A stretch of 64,000 bases of DNA from Candidatus Eiseniibacteriota bacterium (lineage in GTDB: Bacteria; Eisenbacteria; RBG-16-71-46), in the NCBI GenBank assembly GCA_963717935.1, contig CAVQXP010000004.1, positions 1,984,001 through 2,048,000 of the forward strand, given 5' to 3'. Shown here in pieces: positions 8,734 to 20,707 of the stretch (within the stretch, counting starts at the first letter, position 1; each line of letters opens with the position of its first letter). Both the position numbers and the translations under genes were made by a program. Under the pieces are notes generated by a model. That model saw only the letters and a list, made by a program, of their open reading frames with translations. It had not been told where the DNA came from and made no database searches.

Positions 8734-10310
8734 GTCCGCCGGGTCTCGAGAGAGAGCGCTGGCGATCGCCTCGGGCATCCTGCTGGGGGTCGCCTTCCTG
8801 CCACGCGTGCCGGGTTTCGTCGCGTGGGGGGCGCTGGTGCCCCTCCTCGTCGGGCTGGAGCAGCGCGCGCGCCGCTCCGCCACGGCCGGGTCGCTGTTCC
8901 GGCTGGGCTGGCTCTTCGGGTTCGTCTTCTTCCTGATCGGGACTCACTGGATCGCGCTGCTCTCGGAGGTCGCGATCACGGTGCCGTGGCTCAAGTACCC
9001 GGCCTGGGTCGTGGCGGCGGCCTACCTTGCCCTGTACAGCGGGCTCGCGACGCTCGTCGCGGGGGTACTGGCGCGGCCGACGGGACCGCGGTGGCGGGGG
9101 CCGCGGGGGACGGCCCGGGTCCCGCTGGCGCTCGTCGTTCCCGGCGGTCTTCCTGTGCGTCGAGGAGCTGCGCGCCTCGGGCGAAGTCGGCTTCCCGTGG
9201 TTCCAGCCGGGCTACACGCAGCACGGCTACGTACCCATCCTGCAACTCGCGAGCCTGGGGAGCGTGAGTCTGGTGACGCTGTGGGTGGTGCTGGTGAACG
9301 TGCTGCTGTGGCGTGCGCTGGCGGGGAGCGCGCGTCTGCGCTCGGCACTCGGCGCTCTCCTGCTCGTGCTCGTGCCGTGGCTGTGGGGGCAGCGCGTGCT
9401 GCAGGTCACCACGAGGCCGGCCGGAGCGGCGGACCCGGCACGGGCGGTGGCGCTGGTGCAGGGGAACGTGCCGGGGGAGATCAAGTGGTCGGGGAAGCAT
9501 CAGCGGGAGATCCTCGCCACGTTCCTCGCGCTCTCGGACGAGGCCGCGGCCCGCAGGCCGCGGCCCGTCGTGGCGATCTGGCCGGAGACCGCGACGGGCA
9601 GCTACCTGCGCAAGCAGGTCGACCAGGCGCTGGCCGTGGCGGGTTTCGCAGCCCGTACCGGTGTACCGGTCTTCTCGGGCTTCGCCGACTACGGCTGGGA
9701 CCGGGACGGTCGGCAGCGCTCCTACAATTCCGCCGGGTTGTTCGCGTCGGACGGCTCGCTTGGACCCGTCTACGCGAAGCGGCACCTCGTGCCGTTCGGC
9801 GAGCGCATGCCGTTCCAGCGCCTGGTCCCCTGGCTCGGACGCCTCGATCTCGGGCAGGCCGAGTGGACCCCGGGCGAGCGGACGGTGCTGTTCCCGAGTG
9901 CGGCGGGGCCGTTCACCTGCCTGGTGTGCTTCGAGGCGATCTTCCCCGACCTGGCGCGCGCCGACGTGCGCGCAGGGTCGCGCTGGCTCGTGAACATCAC
10001 GAACGACGAGTGGTTCGGAAACAGTGCGGCGCTCTATCAGCACGCGGCGATGTCGGTGTTCCGGGCGGTGGAGAACCGGGTGCCGCTGGCGCGCTGCGCC
10101 AACACCGGCCTCACGCTGGTGGCGGACGCGAACGGGCGCGTGGTCGCGAAGCTGCCCGTGTTCGAGCCGGGCGTGCTGGTGACGGAGCTCCCGCGTCCCG
10201 CCGCGATCGGGTTCCCGACGCCGTACACGCGTTTCGGTGACTGGCCGGGCCTGCTGAGCCTCCTGGCGGTCGTCGGGCTCGCACTGCGCGCTGCCACGCG
10301 GTCGCGTTGA
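8726..10310 (+). CDS. lnt: Apolipoprotein N-acyltransferase (one apparent frameshift near 9135; start codon unclear)
   Basis: Multi-TM N-terminus, GFPW, VQGN, WPET, YNS, KRHLVPFGE, VCFE, ITND, RAVENR across two frames. Confidence 0.9.
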
Positions 10311-10336
10311 CACCTGCCCGAGCGCGTGGCTACCAT
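10307..10336 (+). promoter_or_regulatory. Putative sigma-70 promoter
   Basis: TTGACA-N18-TACCAT upstream of asd. Confidence 0.5.
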
Positions 10337-10413
10337 GCGCCTTCCGCTTTCATCCTCCCGCGACCCTGTAGCCTCTGGAGTGCCGGTGCCGTGACGCCAG
10401 CTTCGGTGGTGCG

Positions 10414-11449
10414 ATGAACCTCCGCCTGGGCATCCTGGGCGCGACGGGACTCGTCGGCAGGACCATGCTCGCTCTGCTGGACGAGCGTGCCTTCCCTGTG
10501 GACGAGCCCCGGTTGCTGGCCAGTGGCCGATCCGAAGAGCGCACCCTGCGCTTCCGGGGCCGGGAGGCACCGGTGCTTCCGGTCTCGGCTGAGGCCTTCG
10601 CGGGCCTCGACGTGGTCCTCTCGGCGGTCTCGAACCCGCTGGCGGAGGAGTGGGTGCCGGTGGCGCGGGCTGCGGGCGCGGTGGTCGTGGACAACAGCAG
10701 CGCCTTCCGCTACGACGAGAACGTCCCGCTGGTGATCCCGGAGGTGAACGGAGCCCTGCTGGCGGACCGGCCGGGGCTCGTCGCCAACCCCAATTGCTCG
10801 ACCATGGGGATCGTGATGGCGCTGGCTCCGCTGGCGCGGGTGGCGCGGCTGCTGCAGGTGGTGGCCGCGACCTACCAGTCGGTCTCGGGCGCGGGCTCCG
10901 AGGCGCTCGAGGAGCTCGAGCGCGGGGTGCGCGCCGGACTCGACGGGCGACCCTCCCGGGCGAGCCGACGGAACACAGCCCTTCGCCTTCAACGTCATCC
11001 CGCGGATCGATCGCTTCGAGGCGAACGGCTACACGCGCGAGGAGATGAAGCTGGTGTGGGAGACGCGCAAGATCCTCGCGCTGCCCGGCCTGCGGGTGGT
11101 CTGCAGCGCGGTGCGCGTGCCGGTGCGGGTCGGCCACGGTGCGGCGGTGCACGCCGTGTTCGACCGTCCGCTCCCCCCGGCCGAGGCTCGCGCATTGTGG
11201 GCGTCGTTCCCCGGGTTGGAAGTGGTGGACGATCCGGCCCGTGGGCTCTACCCCACGCCGCTGGCGTCCGCCGGCCGCGACGAGGTGCTCGTGGGCCGGG
11301 CCCGGCCCGACCTCGACGACGCGCGTGGGCTCGAGTTCTTCGTGTGCTCGGACAACCTGCGCAAGGGAGCGGCCCTGAACGCCGTTCAGATCGCCGAACG
11401 CAGGTTCGGGGTGGAACCTCCCGCGCCAGCGAAGAGGCGGGGCGCATGA
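10414..11449 (+). CDS. asd: Aspartate-semialdehyde dehydrogenase (frameshift near 10965)
   Basis: GATGLVG, DNSSAFR, ANPNCST, TYQSVSGAG; second frame FNVIP...EEMK, VRVPV, DNLRKGAALNAVQIAE. Confidence 0.93.
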
Positions 11450-12171
11450 CGTCGCGCGAGCGCGTGGCGCCGCTCCTGCTGGGAGCGCTGGCCGGGTCGC
11501 TCGTCGCGGGGCGGCTCGTGACGGCCGCGGGCTGTGTCGTGGTGGCGGGGACGTGCGCGACGCTCGCGGGGGCACGGTGGCCGGGCGCCTCGACACTGCG
11601 GCTCGTGGGGTTCGGGATGGCCGTGGCGGTCGTGCTGAACACCCTGCTCGTCCCGGGCCGGGCGCTGGGCCCGGTGCCGCACGCGAGCGTCGAGGGCCTT
11701 CGGCTGGGAACGCTCCTGAGTCTGCGTCTGGCGGGCGCCGCCGCTGCGGTCCACGGGCTGGCCGCGGCGTGGCCCGGGGAGCGCGCCGCCGACGAGCTCG
11801 TGCGTCTGCTGCGCCCGCTCGAGCGCTTGCGGGTCCCGGTGCGCGAGGCGCGCGCGGTGCTGGGGCTGGCGCTGCGCTTCGTCCCGCTGCTGGCGGGCGA
11901 GGGCACGCGCATCGCGCGCATCCAGGGATTGCGCGCGGGCCGGCCGCCGCGCGGCTGGCGGGAGCGGTTCACGCGCCGGCGCGCGGTCGTGATCCCGGTC
12001 GTGGTGAACGCGCTCGAGCGCGCCGAGCGCGTGAGTCTGGCGCTCGAGGCGCGGCACCACCGCCTGCGGACCGTGGCGCTCCCGGCGACGCGCACGGGGC
12101 GCGGGGCCGGGTGGGCGTGGGGGCTCGCGGGGCTCGCGGTGGCGGTCACGAGCCTGGTGTGGCGGGGCTGA
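11446..12171 (+). CDS. ECF transporter transmembrane component T (CbiQ/EcfT family)
   Basis: Hydrophobic N-terminus; LRPLERLRVPVRE, LALRFVPLL, ALERAERVSLALEAR. Confidence 0.8.
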   Translation: MTSRERVAPLLLGALAGSLVAGRLVTAAGCVVVAGTCATLAGARWPGASTLRLVGFGMAVAVVLNTLLVPGRALGPVPHASVEGLRLGTLLSLRLAGAAAAVHGLAAAWPGERAADELVRLLRPLERLRVPVREARAVLGLALRFVPLLAGEGTRIARIQGLRAGRPPRGWRERFTRRRAVVIPVVVNALERAERVSLALEARHHRLRTVALPATRTGRGAGWAWGLAGLAVAVTSLVWRG

Positions 12172-12918
12172 GTGGAGACGATCCGGCTGCGCGTCGCGTA
12201 CGACGGGACGGACTTCCACGGCTGGCAGCGGCAGCCGGGGTGTCGCACGGTGCAGGAGGTGCTCGAAAGGGGATTGGCGGGGGTGCTCGGAGTGGAGGAG
12301 GTCAGGGTCCATGGCGCGGGCAGGACGGATGCGGGGGTTCACGCGCGCGGGCAGGTGGCCTCGTTCTGCGCCGGGACGCGGATCCCGGCCGCCGCGCTGA
12401 AGCACGCGCTCGCGCCGCGCCTGCCGCGGGACGTGCGCGTCCTGGACTCGGCGTCCGCGCCGGACGAATTCGACGCCCGGCGCTCCGCGCTGGCGCGGCG
12501 CTACTCGTACCGCCTGCTGCGCGCGGAGGACCCCACCGAGGAGAGGTTCGCATGGCGGCCACGGCGCTGGCCGGAGAGCGCGGCGCTGGAAGCGGCCACG
12601 CGCATGCTGGAGGGACGGCGGGACTTCTCGTCGTTCCGCTCGACCGGGAGTTCGGAATCGAACCCGGTGTGCGAGGTCACGCGCGCACGCTGGGTCGCGT
12701 GGGAGGGGGGACTCCGGTTCGAGATCGTGGCGGACCACTTCCTCTACCACATGGTGCGGAGCATCGTGGGCACGGCACTGGAGGTCTGCAAGACCGCGGA
12801 CCCGGCGGGTCGGATGCGTGCGGTGATCGAGGCGGGGGACCGCTCGGTCGCGGGGCCGACGGCACCGGCCCGCGGGCTCTGCCTTGAGGAGGTCATGTAC
12901 CCGGGGGTGACGTCATGA
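12172..12918 (+). CDS. truA: tRNA pseudouridine(38-40) synthase
   Basis: YDGTDFHGWQRQ, AGRTDAGVHA, FLYHMVR, TAPARGL. Confidence 0.95.
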   Translation: METIRLRVAYDGTDFHGWQRQPGCRTVQEVLERGLAGVLGVEEVRVHGAGRTDAGVHARGQVASFCAGTRIPAAALKHALAPRLPRDVRVLDSASAPDEFDARRSALARRYSYRLLRAEDPTEERFAWRPRRWPESAALEAATRMLEGRRDFSSFRSTGSSESNPVCEVTRARWVAWEGGLRFEIVADHFLYHMVRSIVGTALEVCKTADPAGRMRAVIEAGDRSVAGPTAPARGLCLEEVMYPGVTS

Positions 12919-14078
12919 GACGCATGGATACCTGGTCGCTGCTGGCGGTTCTCACGTGCGTGCTCTCCGGCGGGTTCCCGGCGGGGGCCCGGGCGCAGCG
13001 GGCGGATCCGGGCCGCGCGCCGACGCGCGCCGAACTCGGCGCGCAACTCTCGACCGCGCGGCGGAACGTGATCAGCGTGGCCGCCGAGCGCGTGAGCCCG
13101 GCGGTGGTGACGGTGAGCGTCGAGGCCACGCGGATGGTGCGCATGGATCCGTTCGGGGGGCTGTTCCGCGACCCCTTCTTCGACCAGTTCATGCCGACAC
13201 CCGAGCGGGCGCAACGCATCTCCGGGTTGGGCTCGGGCGTGATCGTGGATGCGAGCGGAGTCGTGCTCACGAACGAACACGTGGTGCGCGAGGCGCAGAA
13301 GGTCTCGGTCACGCTGCCCGACGGGCGCCAGTTCGCGGCCGAGGTGCTGGGTGCGTCGACGGCCTACGACCTGGCCGTGCTGCGGATCAAGGGAAACCGG
13401 CTGCCGGCGGCGCCGCTGGGACGCAGCGACGACCTGGTGGTGGGCGAGTGGGCGATCGCCATCGGCAACCCGTTCGCGAACCTGCTCGAGAGCACCGAGC
13501 CGACGGTCACCGCCGGGGTGATCAGCGCGACGGACCGGGACATCAAGGGCGGGGCCACGCAGGTGGGGGTCTACAAGCACATGATCCAGACGGACGCCGC
13601 CATCAACCCGGGCAACAGCGGTGGCGCGCTGGTGAACGCGGAGGGGGAGGTGATCGGCATCAACACGTTCATCTTCTCGGGCAGCGGCGGCTCGGTGGGC
13701 ATCGGTTTCGCCATCCCGATCGATCTCGCGCGCCGCATCCTCGAGGAGGTGACGAGCTACGGGCGCGTCCGCGTGGCGTGGCCGGGGATGCAGGTGCAGG
13801 TGGTGGACGGTCGCCTGGCTCAGCAGCTGGGCTGGTCGGACGGGGGGGGCATGGTCGTGACCCGGATCGAGCCGGGCGGGCCCGCCGCCAAGGCCGGCGT
13901 GCAGGTCCGGGACCGCATCCGCAAGGTGAACGGGCGCGCGGTGGACACGGTGGACGACATCCAGGCCAGCGTCTACGGCCGATTCGTGGGGGACGCGTTG
14001 ACGTTGACGCTCGAGCGGGAAGGGCGCGCGCTCACGCTCCCGGTCGTGCTGGCCGAGGCCCCGCGGAGCACGGAATGA
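12915..14078 (+). CDS. HtrA/DegP-family periplasmic serine protease with one PDZ domain
   Basis: Signal peptide, GSGVI, TNEHVV, QTDAAINPGNSGG, single C-terminal PDZ. Confidence 0.92.
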   Translation: MRRMDTWSLLAVLTCVLSGGFPAGARAQRADPGRAPTRAELGAQLSTARRNVISVAAERVSPAVVTVSVEATRMVRMDPFGGLFRDPFFDQFMPTPERAQRISGLGSGVIVDASGVVLTNEHVVREAQKVSVTLPDGRQFAAEVLGASTAYDLAVLRIKGNRLPAAPLGRSDDLVVGEWAIAIGNPFANLLESTEPTVTAGVISATDRDIKGGATQVGVYKHMIQTDAAINPGNSGGALVNAEGEVIGINTFIFSGSGGSVGIGFAIPIDLARRILEEVTSYGRVRVAWPGMQVQVVDGRLAQQLGWSDGGGMVVTRIEPGGPAAKAGVQVRDRIRKVNGRAVDTVDDIQASVYGRFVGDALTLTLEREGRALTLPVVLAEAPRSTE

Positions 14079-15379
14079 TTGCGCGCTACTGCCGGCCGGA
14101 GATGCTGCGCGCCTGGTGTGACGAGCGCCGGCTGGAGCGCTGGCTCGAGGTGGAGCTGGCGGCGACGGGCGCCCGCGAGGACCGCGGGTGGGTCCCCGCC
14201 GGCACCACCTCCCGGCTCGCCGCCGGCGCCCGCCTCGACCGGTGCCGGATGGAGGTCATCGAAGCCGACGTCGGGCACGACGTCATCGCATTCCTGACGA
14301 TGCTGGGCGAGTCCGCGGGCGCGGACGCGCGTCATCTGCACGTGGGGATGACCTCTTCGGACCTGGTCGACACGGCACTCGCGCTCCAGATCGGCGAGGC
14401 GGGCGCAGTGCTCGCGGGCGGCGTGAGGCGCGTCCGGCGCGCGGCCTGGGAACTGGCGCAGGCGCATCGCCGCACGGTGATGGTGGGGCGCACGCACGGC
14501 ATGCACGCGGAGCCCATCACCTTCGGGCTCAAGTGCCTGAGCTGGAGCGAGGAACTGGGCCGCGACCTGGCGCGCCTCGGCGTCGCTCTCGAGGACTGCG
14601 CGGTGGGCAAGCTCTCGGGCGCGGTGGGCACGCTCGCGCACCTCGACGCCGCGACCGAAGCGGCGGTGCTCGGCGCGGCTGGGACTGCGGGCCGAGCCGG
14701 CCGCGAGCCAGGTGGTGTGCCGCGACCGTCACGCCGCGCTGCTCGCGGCCCTCGCGGTACTGGGGGGCACGCTCGAGCGCATCGCGACCGAGGTGCGCCA
14801 CCTGCAACGCAGCGAGGTGCGCGAGGCGGCGGAGCCCTTCGGCGCGAAGCAGAAGGGCTCGTCCGCCATGCCGCACAAGCGGAACCCGGTGCGTTGCGAA
14901 CGCGTGAGCGGCCTCGCGCGCCTCCTGCAGAGGCTACGCGGCGGCCGGCCTCGAGGACCAGGCGCTGTGGCACGAACGGGACATCAGCCATTCGTCGGTC
15001 GAGCGCGTCATCCTGCCGGACGCATTCCTGGTCGCGGACTTCATGGCGGCCGAGCTGGGCGACGTGCTCGCACACCTGCGCGTGGACCCGGCGGCGATGC
15101 GCCGGAACCTGGACGCGGGCGGTGGGCTCGTGCACTCGCAGCGGGTGCTGCTCGGCGCTCACCGGAGCGGGGCTGGCGCGTGACGAGGCGTACCGCATCG
15201 TGCAGGAACACGCGCTGGGGGCGCTCGAGGGCGGGGTGGCGTTCCGCGCCGCGCTCGAGGCCGACCCGCGCGTGGCCGCGGTGATGACGCCCGTCTCCCT
15301 CGCGGCGTGCTTCGACCTGGAGTATCACCTGAGGAGCGTGGACGAGATCTTCGCGCGCACCGCGGAGCCCGGGGAGTGA
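14075..15379 (+). CDS. purB: Adenylosuccinate lyase (three apparent +1 insertions near 14673, 14929 and 15154)
   Basis: [48 protein letters not shown] across frames. Confidence 0.93.
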   Translation: MIARYCRPEMLRAWCDERRLERWLEVELAATGAREDRGWVPAGTTSRLAAGARLDRCRMEVIEADVGHDVIAFLTMLGESAGADARHLHVGMTSSDLVDTALALQIGEAGAVLAGGVRRVRRAAWELAQAHRRTVMVGRTHGMHAEPITFGLKCLSWSEELGRDLARLGVALEDCAVGKLSGAVGTLAHLDAATEAAVLGAAGTAGRAGREPGGVPRPSRRAARGPRGTGGHARAHRDRGAPPATQRGARGGGALRREAEGLVRHAAQAEPGALRTRERPRAPPAEATRRPASRTRRCGTNGTSAIRRSSASSCRTHSWSRTSWRPSWATCSHTCAWTRRRCAGTWTRAVGSCTRSGCCSALTGAGLARDEAYRIVQEHALGALEGGVAFRAALEADPRVAAVMTPVSLAACFDLEYHLRSVDEIFARTAEPGE

Positions 15380-17721
15380 GCGCCGCGGCTTGCGTCACGC
15401 CCGCCTGGACCCCGGCCGAGGCGGCGGACCCGGGAAAGGTCTCGGCCGGGCTCGCCGCCCGCGGCGTGAGCCTCGAGCCCGACGAGGTCACGCTCCTGGG
15501 CGACCTGCTCGGGCGCCCGCCCGCGTGGCCGGAGGCCGTGCTCTTCGGGATCCTCTGGAGCGAGCATTGCTCGTACAAGTCCACGCGGCACCTCCTCCGG
15601 CGCCTGCCGACGCGCGCTCCGCAGGTGATCCTGGGGCCTGGCGAGGACGCCGGTGTCGTGGCTTTGCCCGCGCCGTGCGACGACCTTGCGCTCGTGCTGG
15701 CGCACGAGAGCCACAACCACCCGAGCCAGGTGCTGCCGGTCGAGGGCGCGGCGACCGGGGTCGGCGGGATCGTGCGGGACGTGGGCTGCATGGGAGCCGA
15801 GGTCGTGGGCGTGCTGGACTCGCTGCGCTTTGGTGACCCGCGGGGCAGCGTGCACGTGCGGGACGTGGTGCGGGGCGTGGTACAGGGCATCGCGGACTAC
15901 GGCAACGCGCTCGGCGTGCCGAACCTCGGGGGGGACGTCGCATTCGACGCGGGCTTCGACGCCAACTGCCTGGTGAACGTGATGGCGGTCGGGCTCGCTC
16001 CGCGCGACGGCATCCTGCGCAGCCGCGTGCCGGACGGCGAAGGCCCCTGGGCGTTCGTCCTGGTGGGCAAGCCCACGGACGAGAGCGGCTTCGGCGGCGC
16101 GGCGTTCGCCTCGGGCGAGCTGGGTGGGGACCAGCGCGGGGCGGTGCAGCTGCCCGACCCGTTCCTGAAACGTGTGCTGCACGTGGCGAACGCCGAGGCG
16201 TTCCGCCTGATCCGCGAGCGCGGCGTGCCGGCGGGGTTCAAGGACCTCGGCGCGGGAGGGGCCGCGTGCGCCACGAGCGAACTGGCCGCCGCGGGCGGGC
16301 GGGGCGCGGAGATCGCCCTCGACCGGCTGCACCGGGTGCCGCGCCCGCTGCCGCCGGAGGTGCTGCTGTGCGCCGAGACGCAGGAGCGTTTCTGCTGGGT
16401 GGTGCCGGAGGCGTTCGCGCCGGAGCTGGCGGCGCTCTACAACGACACCTTTGCGCTCGGCACGGTCTACCCGGGGGCGGGAGCGAGTGTCATCGGGCTG
16501 GTGCGGGACGAGCCGCGTTACCGGGTGACCTGGCACGGCGAGACGCTGGTGGACTGCGCGGTGGAGGCCATCACCACCGGGCGGCGTGTGGAGCGCGCGG
16601 CGCGGCGCCGGCCGCCGGCGGCCCGGGCGAAGCCCCGGCGCCACGACGCCGACCCGAGGACGGCGCTGCTCGCGCTGCTCTCGTCGTTCCACCTGTGCTC
16701 GCGCGAGTACCTCTTCCGGCACTACGACGGCGAGGTCCAGGGGCGCACGTGGCTGCGCCCCGGCGAGGGGGACGCAGCGGTGATCCGCGCGCACCCGGAG
16801 CGCCCCACGGGGGTCGCCTTCGCCGTCGGCGGGAACCCGTTCTGGTGCGCGAGCGACCCGGAGTTGGGAGCGCGGCACGCCGTGGCGGAGGCGGCCCGGA
16901 ACGTGGCGTGCGTGGGTGCGCGACCCTGGGCCCTCACCGACTGCCTGAACTTCGGCCACCCGCAGGACGCGGGGGTGATGGGAGACCTGGAGGCGACGCT
17001 CGAGGGGCTGGCGGTGGCGGCGGAGGCGCTTGGCGGGCTGGCGGCCCGCGGGGCGCCGCTGCCGTACGTGAGCGGGAACGTGAGCCTGTACAACCAGACC
17101 GGGGGCCGCGCGATCCCGCCGTCGCCCATCGTGCTGTGCGCAGGGGTCGTGGGTGACGTGACGCGGACCGTGGGGCAGGCCGTGCGGAGCGCAGGCGACT
17201 TCCTGGTGCTGGTGGGGGAGCCCCGCGACGAACTGAGCGGCTCGGCCTTCCTGCGCGAGGTCCTGCGCGAGGAGGCCGGGGGGCCGCCCGCGCTCGACCT
17301 GGAGCGCGAGGCACGGCTGCAGGAGCTGGCGGTGGCCGCGGCGGAGGAGCGCTGGGTGCGCGCGGCGCACGACGTCTCGGATGGGGGCGTCGCGGTCACC
17401 GTTGCGGAGATGCTGCTCGCCGCGCCGCGCCCGCGTGGGCTGGGGCTCGACGTGGACCTCGCCGCGCTGGAGACCGAGACGGCGCTGGCGCTGTTCTCGG
17501 AGCGGCCGGGCATCGTCTTCGAGGTGAGCCCGGACCGGGCCGCGCGTCTCTTCCAGGCGGCGCGCGAGCGCTCCCTGCTCGCCTGGCCGATCGGGGCGGT
17601 GAGCGCGGGAGGGAATCTGCGCGTCCGGCTCGCCGGGTCGGTCGTCGAGTGGACGGCCCTCGAACTGGCCGCGGCGGTGGACGGGCCGCTCGCGGGGCTG
17701 TGGAACGAGGAGCTCGGATGA
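15376..17721 (+). CDS. purL: FGAM synthase subunit PurL (small form)
   Basis: WSEHCSYKS, GEDAGVV, ESHNHPS, GAATGVGG, DLGAGG, DCLNFG, SGNVSLYN, HDVSDGG. Confidence 0.95.
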   Translation: MSAAACVTPAWTPAEAADPGKVSAGLAARGVSLEPDEVTLLGDLLGRPPAWPEAVLFGILWSEHCSYKSTRHLLRRLPTRAPQVILGPGEDAGVVALPAPCDDLALVLAHESHNHPSQVLPVEGAATGVGGIVRDVGCMGAEVVGVLDSLRFGDPRGSVHVRDVVRGVVQGIADYGNALGVPNLGGDVAFDAGFDANCLVNVMAVGLAPRDGILRSRVPDGEGPWAFVLVGKPTDESGFGGAAFASGELGGDQRGAVQLPDPFLKRVLHVANAEAFRLIRERGVPAGFKDLGAGGAACATSELAAAGGRGAEIALDRLHRVPRPLPPEVLLCAETQERFCWVVPEAFAPELAALYNDTFALGTVYPGAGASVIGLVRDEPRYRVTWHGETLVDCAVEAITTGRRVERAARRRPPAARAKPRRHDADPRTALLALLSSFHLCSREYLFRHYDGEVQGRTWLRPGEGDAAVIRAHPERPTGVAFAVGGNPFWCASDPELGARHAVAEAARNVACVGARPWALTDCLNFGHPQDAGVMGDLEATLEGLAVAAEALGGLAARGAPLPYVSGNVSLYNQTGGRAIPPSPIVLCAGVVGDVTRTVGQAVRSAGDFLVLVGEPRDELSGSAFLREVLREEAGGPPALDLEREARLQELAVAAAEERWVRAAHDVSDGGVAVTVAEMLLAAPRPRGLGLDVDLAALETETALALFSERPGIVFEVSPDRAARLFQAARERSLLAWPIGAVSAGGNLRVRLAGSVVEWTALELAAAVDGPLAGLWNEELG

Positions 17722-18536
17722 GCGCTCCCCGCGTGGCCGTGATCCAGTTCCCGGGCGTGAACTGCGAGGCCGAGACGGTGCGGGCGCTCGGGCGCGCGGG
17801 GCTGGCGGCAGAGGTCTTCCGCTGGACGCGGCCGGCGCGCGGGCTCCGGGGCTACGAGGCCTACGTGCTGCCGGGCGGGTTCTCCTGGCAGGACCGCGTG
17901 CGGGCCGGTGCCCTGGCCGCGAAGGACACGCTGATGGAGACGCTCGCGGACGAGGCCGGGGCGCGGGGCAAGCCGGTGCTCGGGATCTGCAACGGCGCGC
18001 AGGTGCTGGTGGAGGCCGGCCTCGTGCCGGGCGGGGGCGATGTCGACGTGGCGCTGGCGCGGAACCGCATGGAGGGCCGGTCGGGGTACTTCGCGCGCTG
18101 GATCCACGTGCGCGTCGAGCGCTCGGCGTGTGTGTTCACGCGGGATCTTCCCGCGGGCACCGTGCTCCCGCTTCCGGTGGCCCACGGCGAGGGCCGCTTC
18201 ACGTCCGCGGATCCAGGGCGCATGGCCGCCCTGCTGGACGCGGGCCAGGTGCCGCTGCGCTATGCCCTCGCGGACGGCAGGATGGCCACGGAGTTCCCGG
18301 AGGATCCGAACGGTTCCGAGCTGGGCGCGGCCGCCGCCTGCAACGCGGCGGGCAACGTGCTCGCGATGATGCCGCACCCGGAGCGCGCGCTCGAGCTGGG
18401 CCAGCTCTGCCGGGGCATCCCGGGGGAGTGGGCGGTCCGGCGCGAGGTCGCGTGCGAGGCCGGGACCGCGACCGAGGAGCGGGGACCGGGCCTGCTGTTC
18501 TTCGAAGGGCTGCGGCGCCACCTGGAGGGCGCATGA
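17718..18536 (+). CDS. purQ: FGAM synthase glutaminase subunit
   Basis: FPGVNC, PGGFS, LGICNGAQ, AHGEG, PNGS, MMPHPER. Confidence 0.95.
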   Translation: MSAPRVAVIQFPGVNCEAETVRALGRAGLAAEVFRWTRPARGLRGYEAYVLPGGFSWQDRVRAGALAAKDTLMETLADEAGARGKPVLGICNGAQVLVEAGLVPGGGDVDVALARNRMEGRSGYFARWIHVRVERSACVFTRDLPAGTVLPLPVAHGEGRFTSADPGRMAALLDAGQVPLRYALADGRMATEFPEDPNGSELGAAAACNAAGNVLAMMPHPERALELGQLCRGIPGEWAVRREVACEAGTATEERGPGLLFFEGLRRHLEGA

Positions 18537-19104
18537 GCGGGTGCACGGGATCGTGTGAGGTGCAGGCGTGGATCCGGCTGCGAGCCGACGACCCTGCCGT
18601 GGTGTCCGCGCTGACGGTCGCGCGCGGCTCGCTCGCTGCGGGGCGGGGGCTGGAGTCCGTGCGGCGCTTCCGGCTCTTCGAGTTGCGCGGGAAGCTGCCG
18701 TCGCGTGCCGAGGTGGAGGATCTGCTCCACCGCTCGAGTCAGTTCTACAACCCGCACAAGGAGGAGTGTGTCGTGCGCTGGGGCTCCGCCGAGTCCGCGC
18801 CGGTGGAGTCCGACGAGCGGGCCGTGCTGGTGTTCGACCGTGGCGGCGAGCGCCGCGTGGCCGCGGAGCGCTGGTGGGTCCACGTGACGGGCGAGCCCAT
18901 CGAGGTGCGCGAGGGCGTGGTCTGGGCGCTGCGTTTCGCGCCTGGCGTGGACGCGGCCGCGGCGGCCGCGGACCTGGCGGTGCTGCGCGGGCGGGCCCAC
19001 GGGCTGCTCTGCAATCCCCATGCGCAGGAGCATCGGCTCTCGGGTGCGGAGGTGGCGTTGCCGTGGCTCACGCGGTACCCGGCGCGGGACTGCGGGAGGG
19101 CGTC

Positions 19105-19108
<4 letters not shown>
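18533..19108 (+). CDS. Divergent double-length PurS-like protein
   Basis: Between purQ and purF with overlapping start/stop; two units ending FYNPHKE and LLCNPHAQE, resembling the PurS C-terminal LxNP/TxxE motif. Confidence 0.6.
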
Positions 19109-20624
<1,516 letters not shown>

Positions 20625-20628
<4 letters not shown>

Positions 20629-20653
20629 CGGCCTGACGGCGGCTCCCTAGAGT
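20625..20653 (+). promoter_or_regulatory. Putative sigma-70 promoter for the lysS operon
   Basis: TTGACG-N17-TAGAGT, same hexamers as the element at 7592. Confidence 0.55.
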
Positions 20654-20707
20654 CGCCCGGCTTCCCCGTCCGCGCCTGAGCGGCCCAGAATGGCCCCGGA
20701 GAGTCCC

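Noticed and set aside
10414..12171. Apparent Asd-EcfT fusion; likewise LolE-LolD (22243-24216), ProS-WaaF (44707-47343), LpxB-DUF374, LpxK-NadB and TolC-MFP fusions in the ORF track
   Set aside because: Each arises from a frameshift running into the next gene's frame; the missing C-termini are present in another frame.
14075..15379. Programmed ribosomal frameshifting or pseudogenisation of purB and others
   Set aside because: No slippery heptamers or in-frame stops seen, and essential genes are affected; sequencing error is more parsimonious.
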